Shown: positions 45,258 to 56,607 of the stretch, in pieces
Numbering within the stretch: the first letter of the stretch is position 1
Layout of the letters: each line of letters starts with the position of its first letter
Origin: a virus
Reading direction: 5' to 3' (one strand)
Virus record (IMG/VR): IMGVR_UViG_3300002835_000030
Span: 32,001 to 96,000 of that record
DNA length: 64,000 nucleotides
Notes under the pieces: model-generated
The model's database searches: none
What the model saw: the letters and a program-made list of their open reading frames with translations, nothing else
What the model was told of the DNA's origin: nothing
Made by a program: the position numbers and the translations under genes

Positions 45258-48200
45258 ATGGCAGGAATATTAGACTATCAAGGGATATTTTATCAACAAG
45301 GTATACTATCAACACAACAGTTTAGAAATAGTTTACTTAACAGAAATTTACCGCCACCTGTTAATGAAACATTAACCCAATCTGGATTAGTATCTAAATT
45401 AGATGATATTGGTAAAGTCATTAATGTACCTATATTCGGTACAGGAGATGAAAATATACCTGTTCATTATAATGAGGATGAAAGAATGTTTGGTTTGGGA
45501 ACCTTTTTCAGAACTACACAGAATGTCAATTTAAACCCATATGTACCACAAGATGATAATTATGTTACTTATGAATTAACAATCCCTCCTGTGTTACCTA
45601 AACCACAACCTGAAGGGTTTGGTGAAAAAGTAAAGAGTCCTTACCCAACATCGTATTCAGTAGAAAGATTTGATTTAATCAATAAAGGGGATAAAAAAGG
45701 TGTCGGTTTTCCATTTAATGTAATTGATAAATACAGATCATTAAATTTTCAAAAAGAAAGTTCTATTGGTCTTGTTGGTGGTCAACAGTTGGAGAAAACA
45801 ATAATTGATAAAATATCGCAAGTTGAAACTGTTCAAACTAATAGTATTACAAATCCAATTGGGAATGTAAAAGATAATTATGTTAATACTTTAAGGGGAA
45901 ACAACCCACCCTTTATCATTTTACCAAATGACGCTATAGGTTGGAATGAATATAATACAAGTAATAAAATAAATGGTGGATCGACTGATGAAGGTGAAGG
46001 TGTAGAACCAACAATGGGTACTGAAATCAGAATGAAAACTTTGTTAGGAAGAACAGGTATTAATCAAGTTAAGTTCGCGTTTGATTTATTAAATAGAAAT
46101 TCGTATAGACCTTTATATGAAGATAGTAGATTTGTTGGTACATCAGATGAAGGTACTAATGGAAGATATTATATTGGTAATGAAAAAAATACTAATAGGG
46201 GTTCATTAATTACTAAAACTTTCGACAGTTCAGATTTCAATGGTGAAATAGATACACCGGGAAATATACAAAGAACATCCATTGAGGGGATTTCGGAACC
46301 GTTTGGAGAACCAAATAAGTTTTTTTGGACTACTGGCGGTGAACAAAACTTTAATGAAAAAACGTTATTATATAAAACACAACAGTTGGTTAATAATAAT
46401 CAGGATAGTGTGTTTATTAATCAAACTAGAAAGTTTTTTAAAGACAAAAAACAAAATAGATTAATTAGTAGAGGTAACGCAATTGGGGAGATTGAGTTGA
46501 TAGATCTTTTATCCAATGGAAATTATTGTAGAGTATGGACTGTTAACGATAGATATAATTATTTAAGGGCAATAAGAAATACTGGTTTATTCACATCTGA
46601 AAATGGACTTAATGGGTTTTCTACTGATACAAAAGAAAAAGAAAAAAGTGTTTTATTGGATAGTGGAATTCCAAAGTATCACCCAACGAAATTAGATTCT
46701 ACCACCACTAGAAAGAGATTTATGTTTTCAATAGAAAATTTAGCGTGGGCAGATAATTTGGCGGATTTACCTATTAGTGAAATAGGACCTGGAGATGTAT
46801 TGAGTGGTAATAAAGGGAGAATTATGTGGTTTCCACCTTATGGGTTAACCTTTGACGAAAGTTCAAGTACAAATTGGACTTCAACTGATTTTATCGGTAG
46901 AAGTGAACCTGTCTATACCTATAATAGCACAACTAGAAGTTCATCGATATCATTTAAAATATTAGTTGATCACCCAAGAGTTATTAATGGTTATAGAGGT
47001 AAAAGTAATAATCTTATTGAACGTTTTATGGCGGGTTGTGTGACACCTGAAGATTTTTTAAGTTCTTTAGATTCTACAGTATCACAATCTACAAAAGAAG
47101 AAGTCCTAAAAAAACTTAAAGAAAAAAAATCACAAAAGGCTACTAACTTAGAAAAAATAACAGATACTGGTACTATAAATTATGTATGTCCCCCCCTCAA
47201 AAGTGAATGTGATTTAAGTGAAAAAGTATATAATGATTCTGAATTAACTGATATAACAGATCAAATTCAAGATTTTTTAACTAAACAGGCAACCACTTCT
47301 GATCCAGAAATTAAAATAACTATAGATGGATATTATGGTGAAGATGAAAATATTGCAAAAAGTAGAGCAAACGCAATAAAAGAAAAACTTATAAGTTCAC
47401 TGGGTAGAAATAATATTAAATATGTGACAAATGCGGTTGTAGAAAACGCACAAAAAGTAGAAGTTACATGGGAAAACGATCCTGATAATTCTAAATCTGC
47501 ACAACCAAAAGAAGAAGAAAAAGAAAATGCTACGGGTACTTATGACCCTGAAGAAGTTAAAGCCATTGATAGTTTGTTAATAGATGAAAGTACGTATTTT
47601 GATTTTATAGATGGTAATTACCCTAATTATTTCAAAACTATATCAGAAAAGATTAAGTATTTCCAACCAGGATTTCATAGTATAACACCTGAAGGTTTAA
47701 ATAGTAGATTAACATTCCTTAACCAATGTATGAGACAAGGACCAAGTATATACGATAAGGGTGCGAATATACAACCTCAGAATTTATCTTTCGGTAGACC
47801 ACCGATATGTATTCTTAGGATAGGTGATTTTTTTCACACAAAAATTGTGATAAATAGTTTATCTATAACTTATGATGGCCCACAATTTGATTTGAATCCT
47901 GAAGGTATTGGTGTACAACCTATGATTGCAACAGTACAATTATCTGTTAATTTAATTGGTGGACATTCTTTAGATGGACCGATTAATAGATTACAGAATG
48001 GAGTTTCATTTAACTATTATGCAAATACTGAAATATATGAACCGAGGGCAGATTACATACAGGATGGTAAATTAAATGATGGTATTAAATTAAGTGAGAT
48101 AAGAAAAGATATTTTAGGTGAGGCAGGATTAAATCAGTTAGTAAAAGATTTAAAAGAGGAAGGTACTGTAAAACAAGAAAAAGACGCAGAAGAGAATACA

Positions 48201-48716
48201 GATGATACGGATGGAAATGGGGACGATGTTTTGGAAATAATAAGTGATGGTAAATCAATAATAACTATTAAAACTAAAGATGGAAATAATCCTAAAGATG
48301 TTATTGTAAAAGGTAGTGATCCTAACCCTTCTAATAAATTAGGGTATGAATTTAATAATTTAGATGAAACATTAAATAATGTTAATGGAATATCAGGTAG
48401 TACTGTTGATATAAATGTTAATTTTAAGACTAATAATTTGGTTGACCCCACTGATTTAGGTACCGCAGAATCTACTCTTAGTGGTGCTTCACAAACATTA
48501 GAAACTGCAAAAACTAATTTCAAAACGTTTAAAACAGAACCTAATAAGAAGGCATATGAAGATGCACAGACTAAATATAATGAAGCAAAAAAGGATTTAG
48601 ATGAAGTCAAAAAAGATAAAAAGGATACTATTAAAGTTACTGCGTTTTTAACCGAAAATAAAAGTAAAACTAGAAAAGTCAAAACATTTACAATAACAAG
48701 TCAGGGGTTAACTTAA
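45258..48716 (+). CDS. Large baseplate/tube-initiator-like protein
   Basis: F.ES....W....FIGR.EPVY.Y..T.R...ISF and PPIC.LRIGD......I.SL.I.Y motifs; position after the tape measure gene. Confidence 0.6.
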   Translation: MAGILDYQGIFYQQGILSTQQFRNSLLNRNLPPPVNETLTQSGLVSKLDDIGKVINVPIFGTGDENIPVHYNEDERMFGLGTFFRTTQNVNLNPYVPQDDNYVTYELTIPPVLPKPQPEGFGEKVKSPYPTSYSVERFDLINKGDKKGVGFPFNVIDKYRSLNFQKESSIGLVGGQQLEKTIIDKISQVETVQTNSITNPIGNVKDNYVNTLRGNNPPFIILPNDAIGWNEYNTSNKINGGSTDEGEGVEPTMGTEIRMKTLLGRTGINQVKFAFDLLNRNSYRPLYEDSRFVGTSDEGTNGRYYIGNEKNTNRGSLITKTFDSSDFNGEIDTPGNIQRTSIEGISEPFGEPNKFFWTTGGEQNFNEKTLLYKTQQLVNNNQDSVFINQTRKFFKDKKQNRLISRGNAIGEIELIDLLSNGNYCRVWTVNDRYNYLRAIRNTGLFTSENGLNGFSTDTKEKEKSVLLDSGIPKYHPTKLDSTTTRKRFMFSIENLAWADNLADLPISEIGPGDVLSGNKGRIMWFPPYGLTFDESSSTNWTSTDFIGRSEPVYTYNSTTRSSSISFKILVDHPRVINGYRGKSNNLIERFMAGCVTPEDFLSSLDSTVSQSTKEEVLKKLKEKKSQKATNLEKITDTGTINYVCPPLKSECDLSEKVYNDSELTDITDQIQDFLTKQATTSDPEIKITIDGYYGEDENIAKSRANAIKEKLISSLGRNNIKYVTNAVVENAQKVEVTWENDPDNSKSAQPKEEEKENATGTYDPEEVKAIDSLLIDESTYFDFIDGNYPNYFKTISEKIKYFQPGFHSITPEGLNSRLTFLNQCMRQGPSIYDKGANIQPQNLSFGRPPICILRIGDFFHTKIVINSLSITYDGPQFDLNPEGIGVQPMIATVQLSVNLIGGHSLDGPINRLQNGVSFNYYANTEIYEPRADYIQDGKLNDGIKLSEIRKDILGEAGLNQLVKDLKEEGTVKQEKDAEENTDDTDGNGDDVLEIISDGKSIITIKTKDGNNPKDVIVKGSDPNPSNKLGYEFNNLDETLNNVNGISGSTVDINVNFKTNNLVDPTDLGTAESTLSGASQTLETAKTNFKTFKTEPNKKAYEDAQTKYNEAKKDLDEVKKDKKDTIKVTAFLTENKSKTRKVKTFTITSQGLT

Positions 48717-48721
48717 TATAG

Positions 48722-49045
48722 ATGGGAAAAGAATATTACGACAGATATCAAAAATTTAAAGTTAATGGTTCATATAAACCATTACCGTTTATAAAATTAG
48801 ATACTAAACCTACAGATAAAACTGTTGTTTATAGGTCACAGTTTAGTAGATTGGATAAACTAAGTCAGATATACTATGATAATCCATATCATGGATGGTT
48901 AATTTTATTGGCAAACCCACAATATGGTGGTGTAGAAGAAAATATTCCTGATGATGAAATTATTGTGATTCCTTTTCCATTCAGAGATAGTTTACAAGTG
49001 TATATTGATAAAGTAGAAGAATATAAAACTTTATATGGTATTTAA
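48722..49045 (+). CDS. LysM-like baseplate wedge protein (gp53/GpX-like)
   Basis: RLDKLSQIYYDNPYHGWLILLANP...I.IP. Confidence 0.7.
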   Translation: MGKEYYDRYQKFKVNGSYKPLPFIKLDTKPTDKTVVYRSQFSRLDKLSQIYYDNPYHGWLILLANPQYGGVEENIPDDEIIVIPFPFRDSLQVYIDKVEEYKTLYGI

Positions 49046-49059
49046 AAAATAGTTTTTTT

Positions 49060-52000
49060 ATGGCAGAGAATGGAGTAGAAGAGATTGGAAGGGTATTTGT
49101 TGTTGACCCCAACCCAATTCAGAATGATATTATACCACCTGAAGATATGTTTATATACGTTAAATTTTCGGCGTATCCTAAAAATAGAGTAACATATAAT
49201 GGAGACAGTTTTGATATTAGAGGTGTTGAAGATGAAGTTAATTTTATATCAACAAAAATAAGATATAATAATGATGGAAAATTAGATCCTAATCCACAAC
49301 AAACATATGCAACTACTGATTGGACAAACATAGGTGGGTTTAAAGGTGAAGATACTAGAAGTTCCGGAATTTTAGAAGGTTTCGGTATAAAATCTATTAA
49401 CATAGTATATAACGCTAGTTTAGTACCAGTAGTAGATATAACATTTACAGATGTAAGGGGTAGTGCGTTATTCGATATTTTAGGTAATGATGATATTAGA
49501 TCACCATATTCTATATTTTTTAAAATGCCTTATCCTGTTTTCAAACTTTCAGTAAAAGGTTATTTCGGTCAAAAGGTAGATTATTGTCTACATATGACTA
49601 ATTGGAATTCACAATTTGATGGTTCTACAGGTAATTTTGATATTAGTGCAAATTTTTTAGGTTTCCAACAAGCGTTTCTTAATGATATGGTAATTGGAAA
49701 TATTGTTGGTGTTGTCAATACAAAAGAGGGGTATGGTAAATTAAATGAAATTTATGATAGAACCGATTCAAACTTTGGTTTAAGTTCTAGTGGCGACGGT
49801 AAAAGTTTAGAGGAATTACAAAGGGTAGGTAAGTTAAATATAAGAAAATTAGATGATTTTTTTATAAGAATTTCAAAACTAAAAGTAGAATCAGAATCTT
49901 TAAAAGATGATTTAGATACATTTAAAACGTTAAAATTTTTAAATGGTAAAAAAAGTATACTAAAAGAATTACAAACATTTATAGGTCCACCGATTGAAAA
50001 AGAATCCGATCCAACCGATCAATCTAATAATGACGGAACAACTAAAGATTATCTAAAAATAAACAATAGTATTAAAAAAATAGAAACTAGTGGTATAAAT
50101 GATAGGTTATTAGAATTAAAAAAAAATTATTTTTCTATTAGGGATTATCTTTTAATTAATAGTATATCTATTGGCAATTTTAAAAATTATATTATTACAT
50201 TAAATGATATTGTTACTAAATATAATGAATATATTACTGACGATAGAAATCAAGAATATACTAATACAGATAGTTTAACTAATCTTTCTAAATCTGCTGG
50301 AAATAAATCAATATCTAAAGGTAAACTATTAAGTGATATTATATCCGATGTTACCACCTATTTAAATACACCAAAAGACAAACAGTTTATTGAACTATTT
50401 AAAATAGATGATAATAGTGAGGATAAATGGAAAAATTTTGTAATTGACTCCCAAAAACCAAATGATGAATTGATTTTAAATCAATCTTTTTCATTACAGA
50501 ATGTTTTATCCTATATGGTTGAAAGAGGAGATGAAATATACTTGAAAAAAAATTATAAAGGTGGTAATGATGTTAACAATAATTTCGATATAAATAATTT
50601 TAATAAAGAAGTCTCAAATGGCACATATTATAATCCCAATATGTTACGTGATACTGTTGTGGTTGTTGCAGATTTTAGAGAAATTAGGGAAAAACTTGAA
50701 AATGAAATACAATCTTTAGAAAGTATTATAAAATCACAACAACAAATTGTACAAGAAGACTTAAATGAGAAATTATTTAACAAATCTAATGATTCTGAGA
50801 ATGAGTTCAAACCCACAATAAAAACTTGTTTTGAGGTGTTGGCGAATAACACACAAGCAATGGTTGAAACGATTTATGAAATAACTAAATCTAGCGAAAA
50901 TTTAGGTTCACAAAGAAATAGTTTAATTAAAGGTCGACAAACTGATATCCCTGAAACGTTATTAAATAGTTTGTCTGAAAATAATAAATCTATTGCGTGG
51001 CCTTCTTTCTATACCGATGTTAGTGGAAATGAACCACAAAAAGAAATTTATATTGGTGATGTACAGGGTGTAACTAGAACTAATTTCCCTGAGTATGATT
51101 TTGTTGAACGGGTATTCGATAATTTCATATCAAAAAGAGAAGAGTTACAACAAATTACTAAAACTAGTGTATTGAATAATGGTACTGATACGGACAATTG
51201 GTTTCCTATTAATCCTATGGATTACGATGTTAATCCATTTTTAAAATTGAGGTTTTTAAATTCGGAACCGGAAATTATTGAATATTTTACGGAACAAATG
51301 TTAACTAGAATTGCGTTATGGCAAAATTATTCTAATTTTGATACAACCACAGGTGGATCATTTGAAGATTACGCAAAATTTGACGCAATTAATGCGTTTG
51401 AAACCGTAAACGTAAATAATCAGACAGTTTTAGTTATTAACAAAATAATTGATAGAATAAAAAATGATGGAGATAAATTTGGTGCGAATAGTTTAATAGG
51501 TCAAACAAATTTTTTTAAAAATATTGTTGTTGGGGATGATGGTGTTATAACATATGCATTAAAAGAAGGTGATGGGGTACAACCAAAGATAGGTAACATT
51601 GAGTTCGGGTTAAATTACAATAATGCAAACATAGATTACATTTTATTTGATAATAAAGAAATTATAAACAACTCTAGTAAACTTTGGGATAAAATACAAA
51701 CATCAAATGAATACAAAAAATTTTTTCCTAATGACCAAAGTAAGTTTACTAAAAAAGAATATAAAGGTGATTTAATATATGAAACTAAATATGTTGCAAG
51801 TAATAATCTATATACTAATAATATATATAATGTTTGGGGTAAATCAATAGGTAACAATCTATTAAAATCATCAAATATTGAATCAGAAAATAACATAACT
51901 ACATTTGGAAATGTAATATTAGAAAACATAGATAAAAAATTATCTTCTGGTGATACGACAGGAATTTATTTGAATAAAACATACTTTACTGATGACACCG

Positions 52001-54630
52001 AAACCACCTATGAAGAAACTTTTACCGGTGGAAAATTTTATACCCAACAAACAATTTTTGGCAGTGGGTATTTATTGTTATCAACAATTCCATATAGAGA
52101 TTTTAAAAATGGATTTATAAATTCATTATTTCCTGGTGATAAATTTTTTGGTGCGAGAATTGTTAAATTACCTGAATTATATGTTTACTATTTGGGTTCA
52201 ATATTATGGAGATATAATGAGAATACTGATCCATTAGTTTGGACAGACTATACGAATTTCCAAACAAATAAAAATAATTACCCCACTAAAATAAGTTATT
52301 ATAAATCCATTCCGTCTGAAGAAAAACCATTAGAAGATGAATTGATAAATTTACCTATTAGTGTTAAAAACGCACTAATAAATAAATTTAAAGAATGGGT
52401 AAAACTTAACTTTAATTCTACACAAACAGGTAAATTTGAGTCGGAATTAGATAATTATGTTAGTGATATACCCAATAATATAGAAAAAACAAAAAATTAT
52501 TTACTTAGAGAGTTGACAAAAACTACTGAACTAATAATATTAAATCCTAAAATTTTTGATAAAAATAGGAAAAATAAATTATTTATTACAATTAATAAGA
52601 TAGATGAATACATAAATAAATTCTCTGAACTTTTTTCTAAAAAATCCACTGAAAATAGTGACACTAGTGGTAATAATGTAGAGGAAGAAAAACAAAAAGT
52701 TAGTGAAAAAAACAAAAAAGAGATAAAATTACAAATATATAATTATTTTAAGAATATTAACGACAAATGGGTTGCGGGTAGTGAAGAGGGTAAAAGTTTT
52801 AACGTTTGTGGTGCCGGTAATAACGGATCAACCAATAGTACCGTTAAAAAACCAAATAATTTAATTGATTATTTTAGATTTATTGATAGAGGATGGAGTG
52901 ACATTGGTGATCAGGCAACAATAAATTTAAATAGTTTTTTAAGTTTAGGTAATAATCAAGATACTAGTGTTTATTTCTTTATGTCTAAATTGTTAAGAGA
53001 TAGTAATTTCTTATTTCAAATTTTACCTAGTTATATTGATTATAAAGATGAGAAAGAGGTCGCAAAAATGTTTAGGCCTTTCACCACTTTAGAATCTCCC
53101 GATTCATCTGGACCAGTTTATTGTTGTATATATGTAGGTGGCGCATCACAAGTTTTAGATATAAAAGAAACAAATAATTATTACTTTAACAATGATGGTT
53201 ATGCGTTTAAAAATGGGGAAATACCTTCCGATATGGGAGACACAAATAACGCAATTGAAGCCAAAGATAAACGCAAATTAGTTGCGTTTAGGGTTGCGTT
53301 TGGGGCTCAAAACCAAACCATATTTAAAAACGTTTCATTGAATCAACAAGAACATAAAGAAACGGGTGAATACTTTAATGTATTATCAGAAATAATCGAC
53401 AAAAGAGGTGCAACCCAAAAGGTATATCAGGGTACAGATTTATTAAGATTATTTAAAACAAGATCCTACACGTGTCAAGTTGATTCTTTAGGGTGTATGA
53501 ATATACAACCATTGATGTATTTTGACTTACAAAACGTACCATTTTTTAATGGGGCATATTTAATTACGAGTGTTAGTCATAGTATTACACCTAACCATAT
53601 GACAACTAATTTTAAAGGTGTACGACAATCTAAATACATAACACCACCAACAACATCTATAACTGCGGATATTGATATAGATTTAAATGAGACAAATGAG
53701 ATACCTAAAATAGAGTTTTCTAATTTAAATAATACAAATCAGATTTATAGTATTGGTGTTGATTCTGGAGTCGCCAACCAAGTATTTGAGGTTAATCAGA
53801 TAACTATTGAAACATTGAATATATTAGGTGTCTCTACAAGTGGAATAACTGCCGGTGACATTGACTTTATTAAAACTACTATAAATGGATCAACTAACGC
53901 AGATGTGGCAATGTTTTTTGCAAATGCGTTAGTTAACTCAAACAATTTCCTAAATAGTGAAGATAACTGGAATAATGGAGAATTTTCTAAAAATGAGGTC
54001 AAATTCCCCTCCAATGTAGAGTTTTCTGGAGAAACTAAAGCGTATCAGATAAGTAATATCCAATTTTCTCCATCAGATAATCAATATTTCACATATACAC
54101 CTACTACTACTGCAACTACAACTAGTTCTGAAAATCAAGAAACCGCATATTATTTTCCAAATACACCATCTTCTTTAATAGAATATGATAAAGTTAATGT
54201 TGATCCTGAATCTGTGTTAAAAATAAAATTAGATAACTTAACGTATTATAATATTTTTCAAGGAGATGAATATATGTATCGACCAGTAGGGTTCTTATAT
54301 ATGATAGGTAGAAAACAATATTTTGATTTGTTTGGTTCGGACGCAATTAATTCACCACAAAATTATTACCAACCTCCATTCCAAAGAAGTTTTGAAATTG
54401 CTTATAAAGTTTGGACAAATATAAAAGATGGAAATGGTAATACCGGATCAGGATATTCAAAAACTGATGTTGGAGGTAGGTTAGGTTCGTTCACTTCATT
54501 TAATCAATCAAGACTAGCGTCACAACAATTTAAGACTAAAAGTATTGAGGAGTCTGCAAAAGTTTTCCAAAAAGTATTAAATATATTTACACATAAAGGT
54601 GAACCACTAATTGATTTCTTTAACCCATAA
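49060..54630 (+). CDS. Very large baseplate hub protein with degenerate GH19/lysozyme-like C-terminus
   Basis: FGIKSINI....P.V.I.F.D.RG N-terminus; G...IQP.MYF.L..VP.F.G.Y.ITSVSH.I...M.T.F.G.R hub motif. Confidence 0.6.
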   Translation: MAENGVEEIGRVFVVDPNPIQNDIIPPEDMFIYVKFSAYPKNRVTYNGDSFDIRGVEDEVNFISTKIRYNNDGKLDPNPQQTYATTDWTNIGGFKGEDTRSSGILEGFGIKSINIVYNASLVPVVDITFTDVRGSALFDILGNDDIRSPYSIFFKMPYPVFKLSVKGYFGQKVDYCLHMTNWNSQFDGSTGNFDISANFLGFQQAFLNDMVIGNIVGVVNTKEGYGKLNEIYDRTDSNFGLSSSGDGKSLEELQRVGKLNIRKLDDFFIRISKLKVESESLKDDLDTFKTLKFLNGKKSILKELQTFIGPPIEKESDPTDQSNNDGTTKDYLKINNSIKKIETSGINDRLLELKKNYFSIRDYLLINSISIGNFKNYIITLNDIVTKYNEYITDDRNQEYTNTDSLTNLSKSAGNKSISKGKLLSDIISDVTTYLNTPKDKQFIELFKIDDNSEDKWKNFVIDSQKPNDELILNQSFSLQNVLSYMVERGDEIYLKKNYKGGNDVNNNFDINNFNKEVSNGTYYNPNMLRDTVVVVADFREIREKLENEIQSLESIIKSQQQIVQEDLNEKLFNKSNDSENEFKPTIKTCFEVLANNTQAMVETIYEITKSSENLGSQRNSLIKGRQTDIPETLLNSLSENNKSIAWPSFYTDVSGNEPQKEIYIGDVQGVTRTNFPEYDFVERVFDNFISKREELQQITKTSVLNNGTDTDNWFPINPMDYDVNPFLKLRFLNSEPEIIEYFTEQMLTRIALWQNYSNFDTTTGGSFEDYAKFDAINAFETVNVNNQTVLVINKIIDRIKNDGDKFGANSLIGQTNFFKNIVVGDDGVITYALKEGDGVQPKIGNIEFGLNYNNANIDYILFDNKEIINNSSKLWDKIQTSNEYKKFFPNDQSKFTKKEYKGDLIYETKYVASNNLYTNNIYNVWGKSIGNNLLKSSNIESENNITTFGNVILENIDKKLSSGDTTGIYLNKTYFTDDTETTYEETFTGGKFYTQQTIFGSGYLLLSTIPYRDFKNGFINSLFPGDKFFGARIVKLPELYVYYLGSILWRYNENTDPLVWTDYTNFQTNKNNYPTKISYYKSIPSEEKPLEDELINLPISVKNALINKFKEWVKLNFNSTQTGKFESELDNYVSDIPNNIEKTKNYLLRELTKTTELIILNPKIFDKNRKNKLFITINKIDEYINKFSELFSKKSTENSDTSGNNVEEEKQKVSEKNKKEIKLQIYNYFKNINDKWVAGSEEGKSFNVCGAGNNGSTNSTVKKPNNLIDYFRFIDRGWSDIGDQATINLNSFLSLGNNQDTSVYFFMSKLLRDSNFLFQILPSYIDYKDEKEVAKMFRPFTTLESPDSSGPVYCCIYVGGASQVLDIKETNNYYFNNDGYAFKNGEIPSDMGDTNNAIEAKDKRKLVAFRVAFGAQNQTIFKNVSLNQQEHKETGEYFNVLSEIIDKRGATQKVYQGTDLLRLFKTRSYTCQVDSLGCMNIQPLMYFDLQNVPFFNGAYLITSVSHSITPNHMTTNFKGVRQSKYITPPTTSITADIDIDLNETNEIPKIEFSNLNNTNQIYSIGVDSGVANQVFEVNQITIETLNILGVSTSGITAGDIDFIKTTINGSTNADVAMFFANALVNSNNFLNSEDNWNNGEFSKNEVKFPSNVEFSGETKAYQISNIQFSPSDNQYFTYTPTTTATTTSSENQETAYYFPNTPSSLIEYDKVNVDPESVLKIKLDNLTYYNIFQGDEYMYRPVGFLYMIGRKQYFDLFGSDAINSPQNYYQPPFQRSFEIAYKVWTNIKDGNGNTGSGYSKTDVGGRLGSFTSFNQSRLASQQFKTKSIEESAKVFQKVLNIFTHKGEPLIDFFNP

Positions 54631-54653
54631 TTGTTTTTTATAAAAAAAATTAT

Positions 54654-54661
54654 TATATTTG
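54654..54661 (+). promoter_or_regulatory. Bacteroidota-type -7 box (TATATTTG), 4 nt before the ATG
   Basis: TATATTTG-taat-ATG. Confidence 0.55.
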
Positions 54662-54665
54662 TAAT

Positions 54666-55268
54666 ATGTATATTGGAAATATAGTTACAACTTCTAATTT
54701 AGAGTTAGAAAACTTTAAGATTTGTCATAAGTTAGATACTATTGACGATAGGTTACCTACGCTAATTATCGGTTGGAATAAAACAAAAGAACTTGTTGAA
54801 GATAAGGTATCTATTCTTCACAAACAAATTAATCCTAAATTATTTTGGACTTTTTCTACAAAAGAAAGAAAATCAGAATATGAAACAGATTTAGATTCTT
54901 TTATGTCCTTTTGTTATAATTCTTTTGGAGAAAACATCCCATATGTTTATTTGGATTTATTATATGGTAAAAGAATGGTAAACTTTAGAATTATAAGAAA
55001 AATATTGAATTTAAAAACCCCAACAACATATATTTCACCTAATGATATGATTTACATATATGGCGAAAACTTAATATTTGGTATAGATTTAAATGTTTTA
55101 TCTTTAATTGAAGGTAAAAAAGATAAAATAACCCAAACCATAAAAAACTTATCGAATAATACTTTGATAGATTCTGAGATATTTAATAAATGTAAGGATT
55201 TTATTTATAAAATAAAAAACAAAAACAGGTATATTCCTTACATTTATACTTATGGATTCGAACAATAA
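54666..55268 (+). CDS. Hypothetical protein
   Basis: 200 aa ORF; LPTLIIGW...FWTFS..E motif. Confidence 0.7.
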   Translation: MYIGNIVTTSNLELENFKICHKLDTIDDRLPTLIIGWNKTKELVEDKVSILHKQINPKLFWTFSTKERKSEYETDLDSFMSFCYNSFGENIPYVYLDLLYGKRMVNFRIIRKILNLKTPTTYISPNDMIYIYGENLIFGIDLNVLSLIEGKKDKITQTIKNLSNNTLIDSEIFNKCKDFIYKIKNKNRYIPYIYTYGFEQ

Positions 55269-55662
55269 AATTATAACACTGGCGTCTTTTGTATATTTGA
55301 ATAAAATAGATAGTTTTAAGAAATATCTATACAATAGATTTAAAATAATAGATGAAAATATTTTCCACTATACCTTTAATGAAGAAGACAAAAAGATTTT
55401 AACCTTTATGGTTAGGTTAAATCAAGGACAAAGAGTTGACACAAATTCATTTTACCCGCCTACAATTATAGTACATAAAAAAGGAGAATGTTTTTATACC
55501 ATTAATGCGCTTAATCAATTAATTGAATCAATTAGTGATACTGATACAGGTAATATAAATCATAAAAATATAAAAATAGATTGGGATAACTATCAAAATA
55601 AAATGTTAATCATTAAAAATGGTGATTTAAAAATGTTGACAATAAATAGAGATTTTTCTTAA
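55252..55662 (+). CDS. Hypothetical phage protein
   Basis: 136 aa; HKK...YTINALN...IDW..Y.N. Confidence 0.7.
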   Translation: MDSNNKIITLASFVYLNKIDSFKKYLYNRFKIIDENIFHYTFNEEDKKILTFMVRLNQGQRVDTNSFYPPTIIVHKKGECFYTINALNQLIESISDTDTGNINHKNIKIDWDNYQNKMLIIKNGDLKMLTINRDFS

Positions 55663-55690
55663 ATTCCTAATATTTATTAATAAAGGTATT

Positions 55691-55876
55691 ATGGAAACTA
55701 AAAAAGAAAATAGAGAAAGAGAAACTTTGGAGAATAAATTAGATAATTTTCTCAACGACACTAATACACAAAAAGAGTGTGAAGGTGACGAGTGTATTAT
55801 TAATGATGGAAAAGAAATCGTTGAAAGAGTAAACAAAGTTTATAAGACTAATGATGGAAGACAACTATTAATGTGA
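55691..55876 (+). CDS. Small hypothetical protein
   Basis: 61 aa ending DGRQLLM; ATATTTAT at 55670-55677. Confidence 0.65.
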   Translation: METKKENRERETLENKLDNFLNDTNTQKECEGDECIINDGKEIVERVNKVYKTNDGRQLLM

Positions 55877-55877
55877 T

Positions 55878-56579
55878 ATGAGTAAGAAAAATTTATTAAG
55901 CGAAGAATTAAAAAGATATAAACAGTTATTGGAATATACTTTTTATGTGTCAGAAGAAGATGAACCTAAAGATGTTAATGGTAATTTATTGTTGGATGAT
56001 ATGATAACTGAACAAGATCCACCAGAAGAAGATCCTTTTGGGGGAACTGAATCTACACCAGAAGAAGAAGGCGGTATGGGTACAGATACTGAAGATATGA
56101 CAGTAACAGATCAAGAGGATGAAATCAATCCCTTTGGTGATACTGAAGTAGAAGATGAATTTGCAACAGAAGAACCATTAAGTGGAGAAGATACTGTAGA
56201 AGTAGATGTTACTGATATTGTAGATAAAACTGAAGAAACTAAAACTTCTGTAGATAGTATGAGTACTAAGATGGATGATCTCTTATCTAAATTATCTGAA
56301 TTAGAATCACAAGTTTCTGGTATGGATAATGTAATCAATAAAATCGATGAGTTAGAAAAAGAAATCGAAAGAAGAAACCCAACACCTGTAGAGAGATTAG
56401 AAATGAGATCGATGGATTCATTTCCATATAGTGTTAAATTAACTGATTTTTGGAAAGACAAAGAAGGGTATAATTCGTCCGAAGTAGAAGAAGAAAAAGA
56501 ATACACATTGACACAAAGTGATGTTGACAATTTTAATGAAAAAGAAATAAGATCATCCTTTGGTTCTAATATGAGATAG
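55878..56579 (+). CDS. Acidic coiled-coil protein, possible prohead core/scaffold component
   Basis: LLSEELKRYKQLL leader, long D/E-rich linker, heptad region, PTPVERLEMRS.DS.PY. Confidence 0.6.
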   Translation: MSKKNLLSEELKRYKQLLEYTFYVSEEDEPKDVNGNLLLDDMITEQDPPEEDPFGGTESTPEEEGGMGTDTEDMTVTDQEDEINPFGDTEVEDEFATEEPLSGEDTVEVDVTDIVDKTEETKTSVDSMSTKMDDLLSKLSELESQVSGMDNVINKIDELEKEIERRNPTPVERLEMRSMDSFPYSVKLTDFWKDKEGYNSSEVEEEKEYTLTQSDVDNFNEKEIRSSFGSNMR

Positions 56580-56607
56580 GAAGGTAAGTAACCTAACATA
56601 GTATATT

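Noticed and set aside
26376-54630. Bacterial contractile injection system or tailocin instead of a phage
   Set aside because: Interspersed neck, PolB, gp32-like SSB, UvsX, helicase, RNR and homing endonuclease genes, with no cellular housekeeping genes, indicate a lytic phage genome
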